Source: Adineta vaga
Lineage: Eukaryota > Animalia > Rotifera
Direction of reading: 5' to 3'
Length of the DNA: 64,000 nucleotides
Assembly (NCBI GenBank): GCA_021613535.1
Contig: CP075492.1
Span: forward strand, 6,696,001-6,760,000
Part shown: positions 36,713-50,800 of the stretch, piece by piece
Layout of the letters: each line of letters opens with the position of its first letter
Position numbering within the stretch: the stretch's first letter is position 1
The notes under the pieces: model-generated
Seen by the model: the letters and a program-made list of their open reading frames with translations, nothing else
What the model was told of the DNA's origin: nothing
The model's database searches: none
Position numbers and translations under genes: made by a program

Positions 36713-38887
36713 TGAATATGTTCTATTTGACTAATAGCAAATTAGTCACTTGTGAAACCATTGTTTTGAATAAAAGAAGCAATATATTAATTACGTTTTA
36801 TTAATCTTCACATAAAAGTAGCGCGTGATAATCGTTGAGAAAAGTTTTCAAAATCATCTTACATAAATAAAGATCTAATAAAATAGCTATATATTTTGTT
36901 TTGTCTAACCATCAATCGATATGTTTTTCAAATTTATACGATTATTATCCAATATCTAACATTTTTCATTGATCCTAACAATAGTTCTGATTCATGAGTA
37001 AGAGATTTGAATGATTTGTGTTCCCTACAAAAATTTCCCTGCAAACCATACGATTTCACGAAGCACTCAAAATTGCTCGTTTTCTTTCTCCGTCTCTCGC
37101 TTTCTCTTTTGCTTTCGCTCGCTTTCAATCTTTAGTTTTAGTCTTCTCATTTTATTTTATAATGTTAATAGCTAACACATTTTTTCTCTTATATTCTGAA
37201 ACACTCATCTTGACTTCTTCGATCGTCAAACGAAGAAGAGAAAAAAAGCTCACCTATGTTATTCAGACTTTTTTCTTTCTATTTTTTTTCCACATATAAT
37301 CAGCTGTTAACATGCAAAGTCATTTGACATTGACGAGGACAAACAGGATCATATACGCTCATTGATTCATAAAAATATATCATTTTTCAACTAACTGACT
37401 TGTTTCTTGTTGTTTTTATAGTTCATGTCCAGAACAATATAATCATCTATCTGTTCTTCAAAAGTTTTGATCTTTACCAATGACCAATGGGCATACAAAA
37501 AGAACGTGTGAATGCGAAATTGACCTCTGAACAACCTTTCAACTAACAGTACGAGTGCGTGCACACATCCACACATACACACCAGAGAGAAAGAATATAT
37601 ACATACACGCGCGCCGCAGGAGAACTGCAGAAGACAAACAGTAGAGATGGACGAACGAACAAATGGTTCAACTACGAACTCTCCTTCTTTCTCTTCATAT
37701 ACATATGTATGTTCTATATATATTGATACTCTTCCAACCAGTGAGAACGCGAGGGAGACGGAGAGAGAAAGTGATCGACGCCGAATCCCTTTACAGCAGC
37801 ATTCAATACACTACCACAGCATAAATTCTTTCTCTTTACTTTTCTGACGCTGTGTTCGACGGCAACGTCCAGAAGACTCTGTTCGTCGTCGACGATGTAG
37901 TTGAGAGTTCTCGTTTTTTTCCTTCATCATTGTCGACATCAAGTCTCACAAAACATACACACCCACACATACAGAATCGTCAGTAAGGTATAGAAGAACA
38001 CGAAAGAGATCTCATATACTTTAGAGTTTTCGATAAGCACACACGCACATTCTACAAAGTATTATATTTTAACTCAGCAATGAACTTTCTTGTATTCTGC
38101 ACAATAGAAAATTTGTTTACAAGATAAAAAAATCGCATAAGAAAAACTCACGAACGAAAAATGTTTTTATGAGCTGTTCTTTCGTTTGTATACATATTTT
38201 TTTCTTTTATCTGCTCTGTACACATTGAGTTTTGACGAATAAGTCATAGAGAGTCAGAAAGAAAAAAGAAAGTACAAATCAATTAAAACAGGGCGTTGGC
38301 TGGAGCTTTCATTCGGAACGATCGTACAGATGAGTAGTTTTCAGCTAAGTAAATATTTGTGTCATTGAGAAACTTAGTTTCATACAGGTGTGTTTATTCG
38401 ATCGAAGATCCAATTTTACAAGTTCATGCAGAACAGAAAGGCTGTAGAATATGTGTGTGTGTTTATATTTCCTCTCTGTTAACTAGTAGGGCTCATTTCT
38501 TTTTGAGATATAGAAAAGGTTTGAAATTGAAAGTCAGATATGGCCGCTGTCCAACTTTCATTTTCTTGCTCCTTTTTCTCTTTCTCTCTTCGACAATAAC
38601 AATAACAGACAGGAGCAGAATGAGAGATTAGACTCAATCATAACCGAGCGGACGAAAGAAAAAGAATGAAGAAACATCGTTCGGTCGTCGCTCGCATCGG
38701 TAGCAGACCAGCCAACACGGGAGAAAGGATTGTTTTGGACGTCTACGCAAATAAAAATCATCCGTCCATCTTGTCTGTTTTCCTTCATTAGAAAACAGAA
38801 TTTTTGTTTGACCTATATACATAAATCTCTTTTCAGAATATTTAATCGTTTGTCTTCGTTCTTATGTTCACTTCCGTGTGACCGTAA

Positions 38888-41257
38888 ATGGATTCAATAG
38901 CAATGTCTGCGGTAAGAAAATCGTCATCACACACATGTATCGTAACTAAATTCAATGTTGGAATTTTAGAAATCATTTGTATCACAATGGAGTATAGATG
39001 CGGTTATTGCATGGCTACATGAATCGAATCTAGGTCTATTCGAAAAGGTTTTTCGAGGTAATGATAATAACTTAATATCATAAGGTCATTTCTGTTTCCT
39101 TTTTTTTTTTATCACAAATAGATAATGAAATTGATGGGAAAATCTTACTTAAACTCAGCGAATCAATGGTTGCTCGATTATTTCCAACCATCAAACTTGA
39201 AGTTCAATTTCTTGATTTATTACAATCACTCAAACAGCGGCATACAATGGAAGCAAACTCGAAAAAAACATTACCTTCATCATCTTCTGCTACAAATGGC
39301 CGTACAGCTGCACATCAAATTGCAGCACATGTTATCGCATCTTCGTCATTTGATCATGGAAATGGTCATTCATCGAATTCGAATTCTCCGATTGCAACAA
39401 ATGGACATCATCCAACGAAAGTTACTTATTCTGAACGTTCACCAATGAATAAAATTCCACCATTGAAATCTTTCAAACGTGAAGGAAAATTTTTTTCAAA
39501 TCAACTTCATAAGTAAAAATCATTTTCTTCCATATCATCAATTCATTTCATTTCTTTTTCGTTTCTCAGTGCTCAATCAAATGGTGGCTTAAATCTAGAT
39601 GCAAATGAGAATGATACAAAACATACATTTCCTCATGTATATAAATTACCTCAATTTACTGAAACACTTCGTCTAGCACTTGCTTCAAAAGATGCAAGTG
39701 CATTTAAATTACGTACTTATTATCGAAATTTATTAATCTCCTCGATTTATGATGATCTCACACGTACATATAATCTTTGGTATGCAAAGCATTGGAACTT
39801 TAGTGTAATTGACATGTTGATTATTTTAGGTATCCAAATGCTCGACAATATAAAACAGTTGCTTCGGCACTTGTCAAAAATTATCCATTTCTTGAATCGT
39901 CAACTGAAGGTGGTGAAGTAAGGAATCTCTTTGATATCTGAAAAAAGTCATGATTCACGTTTGTTCTTGCTTTTTATTGAAGGGTGCATGGATTGATGGA
40001 ATTAAAGGAAAATTTAAACGTGGTCGTCGTACAATAACATCCTATGTAGATGCTGCGCAATCAATGGGTGCTGAGAATGGTTTCGATCGTATGTCTGGTG
40101 ATGACGAATTAGGTGAAGAAAAATTAGCACAAACATCCGGTGGACATAAACGACCTCGACATGAATTTGAAGTTGATTCTGATGATGAACATTATGAATC
40201 AGGTGAAATGCCAATGAATGGTAATGGAAAAGATACGGTATGCAAAAATTTTGATTAGGAATAAAATTTGAAAATTTTTGATATTTTGTGTTTTAAGGAT
40301 CAAACAAGTGAAAATACAGATGAAATCGATGAAGAAGAATTAAACCGTTTAAGAACTTGTATTACTGCAATGCAAGAAACATTAGCGACAACTGATGATC
40401 CAGATATTTCACTTATCTCTGATTATTTCAAAGAAACATTTGAAATGCGACGAAATTTTGTTAAAACACACAATACCAATGAAATTCTTGCCGAATATCC
40501 AGCTTTACAATTACATTCATGTGTATGTTTTTGATAAAATCAATGATCGTTTTATTTTTATGAAATTTTATTCTATTTTCTTTTAGTTATTAGCTGATTT
40601 TCACATGCAAACAAATATTCCTATTCAAACAGTTTTAATTCATAAACTTCGTTCCATATCAAAACCTATTTTACGATTAGCTAAAGAAACAGGTTGTGCA
40701 CCGGAAATTCTTCATTCATATCATACAATTATTTCACAACGACCACAATTAGAACAAAGTAAGATTTGTTTTCAACTATAAGCAATAATCATATATTTCA
40801 TTGTTGTTTTTAGTTGTTGCTGATACATTTGCTATTATAATTGTTGCTTGTTATTTTGGCGAATATCAATTTCTTCTCATTTCATCAGATAAAGTAAAAC
40901 AAGAATATTAACTAAGAACCAACAAACGAAGATGTTTTCTTTTTCTCTTTCAAGGATACTCAATCACCATGGCCAATTATTCGCGGTGATCATCCAACTC
41001 GAGCATTTTTCGATGGCAAATCTTCCTTTTCCTACAATATTGAATTAGATTATGTTCAATTATTTCATCGACCCTTAAATGATTTTCTTACAGCTATATG
41101 TACATTATTTGCTACATATACAGTTTTTGAAATCACCTATGGTAAATTAGAAATGACCTTATCATTTATTGATTGTTTACTTCGAGACAATGCACATTCA
41201 TCTAATCGTTCACCACAAGTACTCGAATTACTCAATGAACTCAATTCTCTAAAATAA
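38888..41257 (+). CDS. SAM domain plus SAMD3-like protein; about 9 exons
   Basis: SAM: QWSIDAVIAWLHESNLGLFEKVFR|DNEIDGKILLKLSESMVARLFPTIKL. SAMD3-type segments YPNARQYKTVASALVKNYPFL..WIDGIKGKFKRGRR and FKETFEMRRNFV..EILAEYPAL. Confidence 0.75.
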
Positions 41258-41374
41258 AAAGTCGAAACATTTCTTCACGCGACCGAGAATGATTTTCTTC
41301 ATTTGTTTTTCTCTTTTTTTTGCAATCATCTCATTCAGTGTGTATATATTTGAATATAATTGTTTCTTTAAAAA

Positions 41375-41875
41375 TCAAACAACTATCTCGTTCATACGAT
41401 AAATTAATATTGCAGCAAGAAAATAAAGTATACCAATGAGAAAACCAAAGACAATTCCAATTAAACGTAATAGATTACAATCATGTGTAGTATGAATAAT
41501 TCTTTCCGATAAATTATCCAAATCATCTTGAGTTATGACATGACCATGTGATGAATGGATAATTGCATATAAAGTAAAACATGAAGCAAGAAGATAGGCA
41601 ATGAATAAGATAAGATAGAAGTATAATATTGATCGTTTTGCTTGAAGATATCGTGAACCAAATAAACGGTTAATAAGAATATAAATTTCAAATGAAAATG
41701 ATATCCATATTAAAATATAATAGAAAAGTATAGTTTGATAATTGAATCCAAGGAATTCATTGAGATATGATGAACATGAAGAGATTTTAATTTCGGTACA
41801 TATAAGTAAAGTAACTAAAGAAATAAATCGAAGAAGATGAAGAATACCTAATGATTGTGTAAAATAATTCATCAA
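41375..41875 (-). CDS. Four-TM MARVEL-like membrane protein (single exon)
   Basis: N-terminus NYFTQSLGILHLLRFI is typical of MARVEL/CKLF proteins; four hydrophobic segments; ends GIVFGFLIGILYFLAA. Confidence 0.65.
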   Translation of the reverse strand: MMNYFTQSLGILHLLRFISLVTLLICTEIKISSCSSYLNEFLGFNYQTILFYYILIWISFSFEIYILINRLFGSRYLQAKRSILYFYLILFIAYLLASCFTLYAIIHSSHGHVITQDDLDNLSERIIHTTHDCNLLRLIGIVFGFLIGILYFLAAILIYRMNEIVV

Positions 41876-41959
41876 CTATGAATTGGTTGTTAAGTAGAAA
41901 TCAATTGATGATGAAGCGCACAATTTTTGTTTTGAATTCAAGAAAGAAAAATAAACACA

Positions 41960-42486
41960 ATGAATATGAATTATCTTAGAACTCAAAAAGGTCTTATACA
42001 TTTAAGTCGATTGTTTCTTCTAAGTATTTCAATTATTTATATCAATATTTTATCATGTGGACAAAATGCATTTGGTGGACATGCGAATGTCAATTCAACA
42101 TCAGATAGTGAATTTATTCATATTAGTAAGTGGTGTTTATCTTTCTTTTTTGCGTATTCATTCATCATCATATTTGCTAACGTATAGTCATGTGGGTTGC
42201 ATTAGCAATTGATGGTTTCATATTTTTATGTCGAATTTTTGAACAAGATGATGGTACAATTGAAACATCGTTATTAATTGATGCTGCACTTAGTTTAATC
42301 TATTTCGTTGCTTTTGTTATCTTGCTTGTATCATGGATTAAATGTTCAGATGTCAATACATTATTTTGTAATAATAAATATAAATGTTATGTTCATAGTC
42401 TACCGACAATTACTTCTCTTGCTTTAACCATACTTTATATGTATGATGATGTTCAACGATGTATTCAAAAATTAAATTCATTTTAA
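41960..42486 (+). CDS. Four-TM MARVEL-like membrane protein (intron 42126-42187)
   Basis: NYLRTQKGLIHLSRLFL; four TM segments; final helix SLALTILYMYD. Confidence 0.65.
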
Positions 42487-42795
42487 AATTACATTTAATG
42501 ACAATATCGGAATAAATTATTGAAGATTTTTCTGTTTGTTTGTTTGTTTGTTTATACTGATTTCATAGTAAATATATAGAAATATACTGTTTGTTTTCAT
42601 CATTTTCTTTTCAGGAAAACAGATTTGATACATTTACACAAAAGTCTTATCTCATACGGTTCTTAACTACGAAAGAAAATGAAAATCACCAAACAATACT
42701 GTACATAAAATTAGTCACGGGAAGATCGTGAATGAACAGATGCCATAAAAATAATCATTCTAACAAGGACTAAATACTATAAAGTGAATAATTTG

Positions 42796-45700
42796 TTATT
42801 GGTTCTCATTATTTGCCAAACGAACACATTCACCCGGAAAAAGTTTCGGTGCTAAAACATCAAAAAAGAAGACAATTTTTCAAAGATTTTCATGTTACTT
42901 TCGTACCTTTTATCAATGATGTACGGACCAACCTCTACAATAGCTTGAGATGCTGCCTGTCGTAATTGACTTAAAGTGAATGAACGATTTTTCCATTCAT
43001 TTAATGAGCGTAGAAATTCTTCCGATGAATCACATGTAACTGTATCATGAAAGGATTCAAACATATGTCGAATTATAAGTGAATAAGGATAGAAAAGCCA
43101 ATTATTTCGTGTACGATCAGCAACATACGAACGAAAAAATGTATCTGCCAATTCACGTGATCGTCGTCCTGCTGATACAACGGGAATACCATCAGCTGGT
43201 AGACTTGCTTGATATTGAGAAATTTTATATTGCAATTGATCCTTTTCTTGTTGTAACAAGTCAAATTCTTCTTTCATCTTATCACGCATTTCAATGGCTT
43301 GTTGAATATGTTTTGCAGCTAAGAATGAAAAGTTTTCATTCAATGAAAAAATGAACAAAAAGAACTTACTAGTTTCAAGCATTTGTGCTTTACTCATTTT
43401 AATATTCGATGGATTGCTAAGTTCAGGAATTATTGTTCGAAGATTTTCGAAACCATTCTACAAAATAATAGAAGAGAAATAGTTTTGTTCAAAATGAATT
43501 CAATGAATTTACTTTAATATTTCGACGACGTTTATTTTCAGCATTGAAATTCAATGATGAAGAAGTTTCATTTAACTACAAACAACACGTATTGTTGTAC
43601 TAATGAATAGTTTAAATTATTTACCATAGTATTATTTGAGATAGAGAGATTTCCTGGTACTGATAAACTATGTGAATCAGTTAAAAAGGATGTTGCTCGA
43701 GCGTATTGTTGATTGATTGGTATCTCTTCTGATATTGTACGAGACATAGAACGATGTGTTTTTGATTTCGATGCCAAAGGAAAATTTAACATTGTATGAT
43801 GAGGATTCGGCATTTGCTAAAGAAAAATATTCTTTGTTATTGAAATGGATCATTTCAAATCAATTTACTTGAATACGATGATCATTTGTTACTGTTGATA
43901 GTCGTTTTATTTGTGTTTTTCTCTGCGATGGTTTTCTTGTTTGTTTCAGTGTTTTATTGTGTGTTGAAGATTGATCAGTTAATGACGAGTGATTTTGATG
44001 AAGAAGATTAACAAGTGTTGATGATTTATTCATTGATGATGAACTATACGTTGAAGGTGTTTGTGGTGTATTAACCATAATATTTGTTGGTGAAGATGAT
44101 GACATCATTTGATTCAGATTCGTTCCATTGTTAACTGCTTTTGTTATCGATGATGGTGAATAGGAATCGAATGGAAGTGAATGTGGTGTTAATGGTTCGT
44201 AATGATTTGTATTGTAGATATTCATTGAAGCTAAATTATTGACATTCATCTATTAGTAAAGAGAATGATGATTAGGAATATGTTTTTGAGAGAAAGATCT
44301 ACATGAGATGTATTTTGATTGAGAAGAGTTTTTGGATGATTTATTGCTAGAGTAGTACGATCATTTGGAGGCGAAACTAATGTTGGAAAATGAGTAAAAT
44401 CTTCTCGTGATTGCGATGATAGATTTAAATCATAATGAGTATTCGATTGATAATTAGTTATTGGTAACTAAAGTATAAATAAAGTTTAGACAGAATATTT
44501 ATTCAACATTTCGTATTCGTTTTGGAGATGTGTTTGTTTACTACATAAAAACATAAAACTTACATGTTCATTTTGACATCTCATGTTGAAAACATCGTCT
44601 AGAAAGATAAAAAGGAAACTTATGTGTTTTTTTTTAATCAATCATTCGAATCGGATCCTTTTTTACTTGTTATTGGCTGTTCGAGCTCATCAAATAATGA
44701 CGTAAAATCAAAATGACATTGACCCATAACTGGTTGATATAAATCCGGATTACCACCAAGACCTGAAAATAAACAATTCATTTCGTACAAACTAAAGAAT
44801 GATAGGTTTCAAACAAAACAAAGCTGACATGACCATAATTAGAAAGGCACAATTCTAGTACTGAAAGCAATTAGACTATGATATTCAATGTTTCTACATA
44901 CATACACACATAGAAATAAACCAGTGAGCATTTAGAAAAACATTCATTAACCCTTTGACGAATGATGTGTACACCTTTACATCAACCATTTTTCTTTCCT
45001 CTCTATTCTAGATATTAGAAAACCTCGCTCATCAAAGGGTTAATAAATACACACGTGTATATATATATATATATACATAGACATCTATTAATAACTGTTT
45101 ACCTGAGAATGGATTGTCTAAAACATAAATCGTATAAAGATTAAAAAAAACTGACAACCACCATTTGAGAAAAAAGGAAAGATTTTCAAGAGTGAATTTC
45201 ATATACCAGCGTCTTTATCATTGAATGTATTTGTTGTTGAAAAAAGTAGTTGATCTTCAATTAAATCGAATTCATCCAAAAGATTATATGGTTCAGGTGA
45301 TGGTGTTGCTGGTCGACGAAAATTAGGTATTACTTTCGGCGTATGTATTTCTCCAACTTTGCCCAATAATTTTTTCATTTCATCACTCTAAATATTCAAA
45401 TAAATTATTTAATTTGTCTATTCACGAAAATACAATCAGTACCGAAATATCATTTTCAAATTTTCGTAATGCTATTTTTGAATTTTGTCTCCATTTGATA
45501 TATTCACCTTTTAAACTGTTCAATATTTGTTGTTTAGATTGTTGAGTTAATTGTGTCTAAAATAGAAATAAATGTCGATATTTTTACTTCAAAATGTAAG
45601 AGTTAAATCAAACCGGTAATGTTTGACTTGTATCTAATGGAGAAACAAATTGACAAACGGCTGTATTTCGATTGAGAATATCTAAAATAAAATGACAAAT

Positions 45701-46238
45701 ATGTTTGGAAATTGAAATTATTCGATTTATTATTACATTGCTGATGCCATGTTCGCCAAATGACATTATTTAAACGAATTTTATCTTGACATTCGATACG
45801 TGATCCACGAAAATTCTTCCATTTTGGTGATGTTAAATTAGATCTAAATCAAGCGAAAACAACAGAATTCTATTGAATTAATCGAATCATTTAGTTCTTA
45901 CCGATATACATTATTGAAGACACGAAGAAGTGAATAGAGGCTAGAAAATTGACCATGCGCTTCTACACGTCGTTCTGGTTCGCAATGCGTTGCATCATTA
46001 AGAATTGGTAAACCTTGTGCTGCTGCATTCGGAATTGGTGATGGACATGGTACATCAATTGGCTAGAAGAACATATATTATGTTTACATTCTCAATTGAA
46101 AAATAAATATACTTCAGGATCGTTCTCAATACTTGACGTCATAAATTGGCCAGAATAAAGTGGATGTTTAACTTCTTTTGTATTCCCATTGGGACGTGTA
46201 GTTAACTCAAGTTTAATTCTTTTTGTACTGCGAGACAT
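42796..46238 (-). CDS. MLXIP: Mondo/ChREBP (MLX-interacting protein) bHLH-ZIP transcription factor; many exons
   Basis: Mondo conserved regions [53 protein letters not shown]; b[13 protein letters not shown]|[16 protein letters not shown]; ZIP and DCD ([16 protein letters not shown]). Confidence 0.93.
44947..45043. mobile_element. piggyBac-type MITE (89 bp, 44951-45039) with TTAA target-site duplication, inside a Mondo intron
   Basis: TTAA-CCCTTTGACGA ... TCATCAAAGGG-TTAA: 11-bp terminal inverted repeats (10/11 match) starting CCC, flanked by TTAA on both sides. Confidence 0.7.
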
Positions 46239-47857
46239 TGATATGAACTATTGATAAATGTTGTCTTATTCTATTTACGATCTTAAAAACAACAACAAAT
46301 AGAACAAACGATAGAAATAACTACAACACAGCTTCGTTTGCTTTTGCTTCTCTTCTTCGTAGAATAGCTTATCATGTCTTTAAAAACGACATCTTCAGTT
46401 CATATACGAATGGTTGATTTTTTTTATCCAGTATTTTATTTATTGCTAATGTCTCTCTCCCTCTCTCACCACCTAGCCATATCTAATACTTGTATCTTTC
46501 CAGGGAATTACTTTTTATCATGTGACTAGCGTGGGTGCGTAGAATGTTTAATGTACCCAACCAGAGCAAAATAAAAGCAAGAATGAAAACTCGAAAAAAT
46601 AGCCCCTCATCATAGATTGCGTACATGAGTCATATCATGGAGAGAAGGAGGAGCGAAGACCACACCTCTCGCGAAGATAAAGATATGTTGCAGTACAAAA
46701 TGTTTCTGGAATCAATGCTGTGAATTCGTTTTATAACAAATAATTATTAATTGCTTACAACAAAAGCATACTGCACATTATAATCGCCAAGAGGAAATGG
46801 TCTTATCATCTCACGAAAGTATATAATACATAGATATCAGCAACTGTCGAAAGATAAAAATGCATCATGAATTTATATGTCAATATTATTCGAATGAAAA
46901 GAATAAAATTTGGATGGTTAAAAACATCATTAAATACACCGTGCTATCAATACCACAGAAGGATGTGATTACATATCTTTTCTCTGATGACGATTATATA
47001 ATTTTTGTTAATTGAAAACGTATAACTTATTTCGATTCATAAAATGAAGTGAATTAGAAGACAATTGTTAAAAATCTATATATTTATCTTCTATATAACA
47101 GTAAAAAAAAATATCGATTCGATATACTTATATCAAGGAGCTACATCGAGAAGTGAAAAAGAAAAGAAAACTGAATGTCAATATAAATACATGATGATTT
47201 ACAGCAAGATCAGTCAAACGATCAAATTACTAATTGAAAGTAATAGTTACCCACTAAAAATCCAAGTTTTTACGTTGATCCTTCAATTTTCAATTAATAT
47301 TATAATCATTCAGTCTATTTCTTCGTCAGCATTTTTAAGAGTCTTTATGTTCTATAACTCTCTTCTACTTATTGTTAAGTTAAGGATATGTGAAATGCAA
47401 TGAGATAAACTCCGATTGTAAATCATTGTCGTTATATTTCTTAGGATGTCGCTAGCTGTCAGTTGACTTTTGGAATCCGTTTTTTGTGTTTCCCTATTGG
47501 TTTCTTATGTATTTTATTATTTTATCGTATTTTTGAAACACTGATCGACTTGATTTTTCTTTTCTTTTCATTCCTACATCTTTTCATGTACCTTCTAACA
47601 TGAAAAGAAAACCGATGCGTATTATCAATATTTGATTTTTTATCTTTTTCAATTCACTTTATCATCAAATAAGTGTAATCGAAATCTTTAGAACTTTCAT
47701 CTTCAATGATTTATTTTAACTCTTTTTCAAAATTTGATAACATATCTAACTTTATAAATATGAGCGAAAATTCATTATTGATCCTATTTTTTCCTCAATG
47801 CCTTTACTTTTTCATTTACGTCATGTACACAATTATTGCAGACAAACATTGGTCTAT

Positions 47858-50800
47858 ATGTCGACGACTAAAACTCAACTTATCGATGGGAAAGAAATCG
47901 CGAAGTAAGTGTTGATAAAAAGCAGACTTTTGTTTTTTGATAACAACAAATCAATCTTAGAAATATTCGTGAAAAATGTCGATTAATGGTCGAACAACTT
48001 CGAAAACAAGAGAAGGATTTCAAACCCGGTTTTGCTGTTGTTCAAGTAGGAAATCGAGAAGATTCGAATGTATATATTCGACATAAATTGAAAGCTGCAG
48101 AAGAAATTGGAATCGATGCTCGACTTGTTCGTCTTGATTCATCAACAACTGAACGACAAGTTTGTTTCAAATATTATTCTATCGCTTTCATCGCATACAG
48201 AAATACTTCGTTTTTCTATAGTTAATTCAACAAATTGAAGAACTCAATAATGATCCATTAATTCATGGTATTATCGTACAATTACCATTTGATTCTGTAC
48301 AAACAATTGATGCCAATCGCATTGCTAATACTGTCTCACCAGATAAAGATATTGATGGGTAGACAATTACGAAGACAACTATTGATTTTTGTATTTCTAT
48401 TGTTATTTTTTTTTCTTCATAAATAGTTTATCAGATCTGAATGCTGGTCTTTTATCACATGGAAATTTAGATAAATGTTTTGTTCCATGTACACCAAATG
48501 GTTGTTTAGAATTGATTCGATCAACCGGTAGAATGGGAGACAAGAATTTTATGATTCTATTCGTATTTCTCTACTATTAGGAACGCAAATCGAAGGTGCA
48601 AGTGCAGTTGTTGTTGGACGAAGTAAAATCGTAGGTACACCGATGTTTGAATTACTCAAACATTACAGTGCTACGGTAACAATTTGTCATTCAAAAACAA
48701 AAAATATTCAAGATATTGTAAGAAAGTATACATTGAATAGAAGAAAAAACAAATTGTTTGTTTTTCTTAAAATTCTAGATAAAAAATGCAGAAATTGTTG
48801 TTGCTTGTTTGGGTAAACCAAAATTCATTCAAGGATCATGGCTCAAAGAAAATGCTGTAGTCATTGATTGTGGTATTACTCCCATACAAGGTATTTGATC
48901 ATCTGATATCTTATGTGACTTAGGCATCTAAATGATTTTCTATTATCAGGTGAAAATGGCAAAAGTAAATTGGTTGGTGATGTCGATTTTGAGTCTTGTC
49001 AAGGTATTGCTTCATGGATAACACCTGTTCCTGGTGGTGTTGGTCCGATGACCGTCGCCTTACTTATGTAATCTATTCTTCGATGGAGATGAATGTTCAT
49101 TCGTTGTACTTATCTTTCTTTCATCAGGCAAAATACCATTACAGCTGCTCAACGTTATCTGGAAACGTATTCACCTACACTATGGAAAAATATGACTTAT
49201 CTTCCTTTGACATTGGAAACACCCGTTCCATCCGATTTAAATATAGCAAAAAAACAAATTCCAAAAGATATTCAACAACTAGCTACTGAAATTCATTTAC
49301 ATAACAGTGAATTAGAATTGTATGGAACTAAAAAAGCGAAAGTAAAATTGAATGTACTTGAACGTTTACGAAATGCTCCAAATGGAAAATATGTTGTTGT
49401 TTCTGGTATTACTCCAACACCATTAGGTAAATATGAAATGAATGTTTTTCTTCGAAATAAACTGGTTGAAATACTATCTTAGGTGAAGGAAAAAGTACGA
49501 CAACTATCGGTCTCTGTCAAGCTCTTGGTGCACATTTGAAAAAGAATGTTATCGGTTGTTTACGTCAACCAAGTCAAGGACCTACATTCGGTATGAAACA
49601 CTATCTTTCTTGTTCATAATACGTTTTGTTCTTGTAAATAGGTATCAAAGGTGGTGCAGCTGGTGGTGGTTATTCTCAAGTCATTCCTATGGAAGAATTT
49701 AATTTACATTTAACCGGTGATATTCATGCAATAACTGCTGCAAATAATCTTCTAGCTGCTCAAATTGATGCACGAATGTTTCATGAGAATACTCAAACTG
49801 ATCAACAATTATTTAATCGTCTTGTACCAACTATTGATGGTAAACGAACATTTTCTCCGATTCAACAAAGACGATTAAATAAATTAAAAATTACTAAAAC
49901 TGATCCAATGACATTAACCGAAGATGAAATCACAGCATTCGTACGATTAGACATGGATCCATCAACAATTACATGGCAACGAGTAATTGATACGAATGGT
50001 AAAAAGTGTTCTTGTTTTTTTCTCTAGACGATGATAGGAAAAGAACGGAATTTTTTTTCTAGATCGTTTCTTACGAAAAATTACTATTGGACAATCAGCA
50101 ACAGAAAAAAATTTTACTCGAGAAACAAATTTTGATATAACTGTTGCTAGTGAAATCATGGCTGTTTTAGCTTTAACGAGTTCACTCGCTGATTTACGTG
50201 AACGATTAGGTCGTATGGTTGTTGCATCAAGTCGAAATGGTGTTCCAATTACAGCTGATGATTTAGGTGTAGGTGGTGCATTAGCAGTATTGATGCGCGA
50301 TGCAAGTATGTTGAGTTATTTTGATTGAACGAATAAGAACGACCAATCAATCGAATTCATTCGTTTTAGTTAAACCAACTTTGATGCAAACATTAGAAGG
50401 TACACCTGTTCTTGTACATGCTGGACCATTTGCAAATATAGCACATGGAAATTCATCAATCTTGGCTGATCAAATTGGTTTGAAACTTGTTGGTCGAGAT
50501 GGTTATATTGGTATGTACACGGAAAGAATTTGAATAAATATTCATCGTGAAAGATTTTTCGATTAGTTACTGAAGCCGGTTTTGGTTTCGATATTGGTTG
50601 TGAAAAATTCATGGACATCAAATGTCGTTATTCTGGTTTAGTACCCAATTGTGTTGTCATTGTTGCAACAATGCGTGCATTGAAACTTCATGGTGGTGGT
50701 CCGAAAGTCGAAGCCGGTTCACCTATTCCACCTGAATATTCACAAGAAAATTTACCATTACTGGAACGTACAGCAAATTTAGTTAAACAAATTGAAAATG

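Noticed and set aside
36934-38822. Cluster of short ORFs upstream of the SAM gene
   Set aside because: Low-complexity GA/CT-rich promoter or UTR sequence, many non-ATG starts, and no motifs.
46518-46526. TCATGTGAC (M-box/CLEAR-like site) upstream of Mondo
   Set aside because: A single short motif is expected by chance in 64 kb, and there is no conservation evidence.
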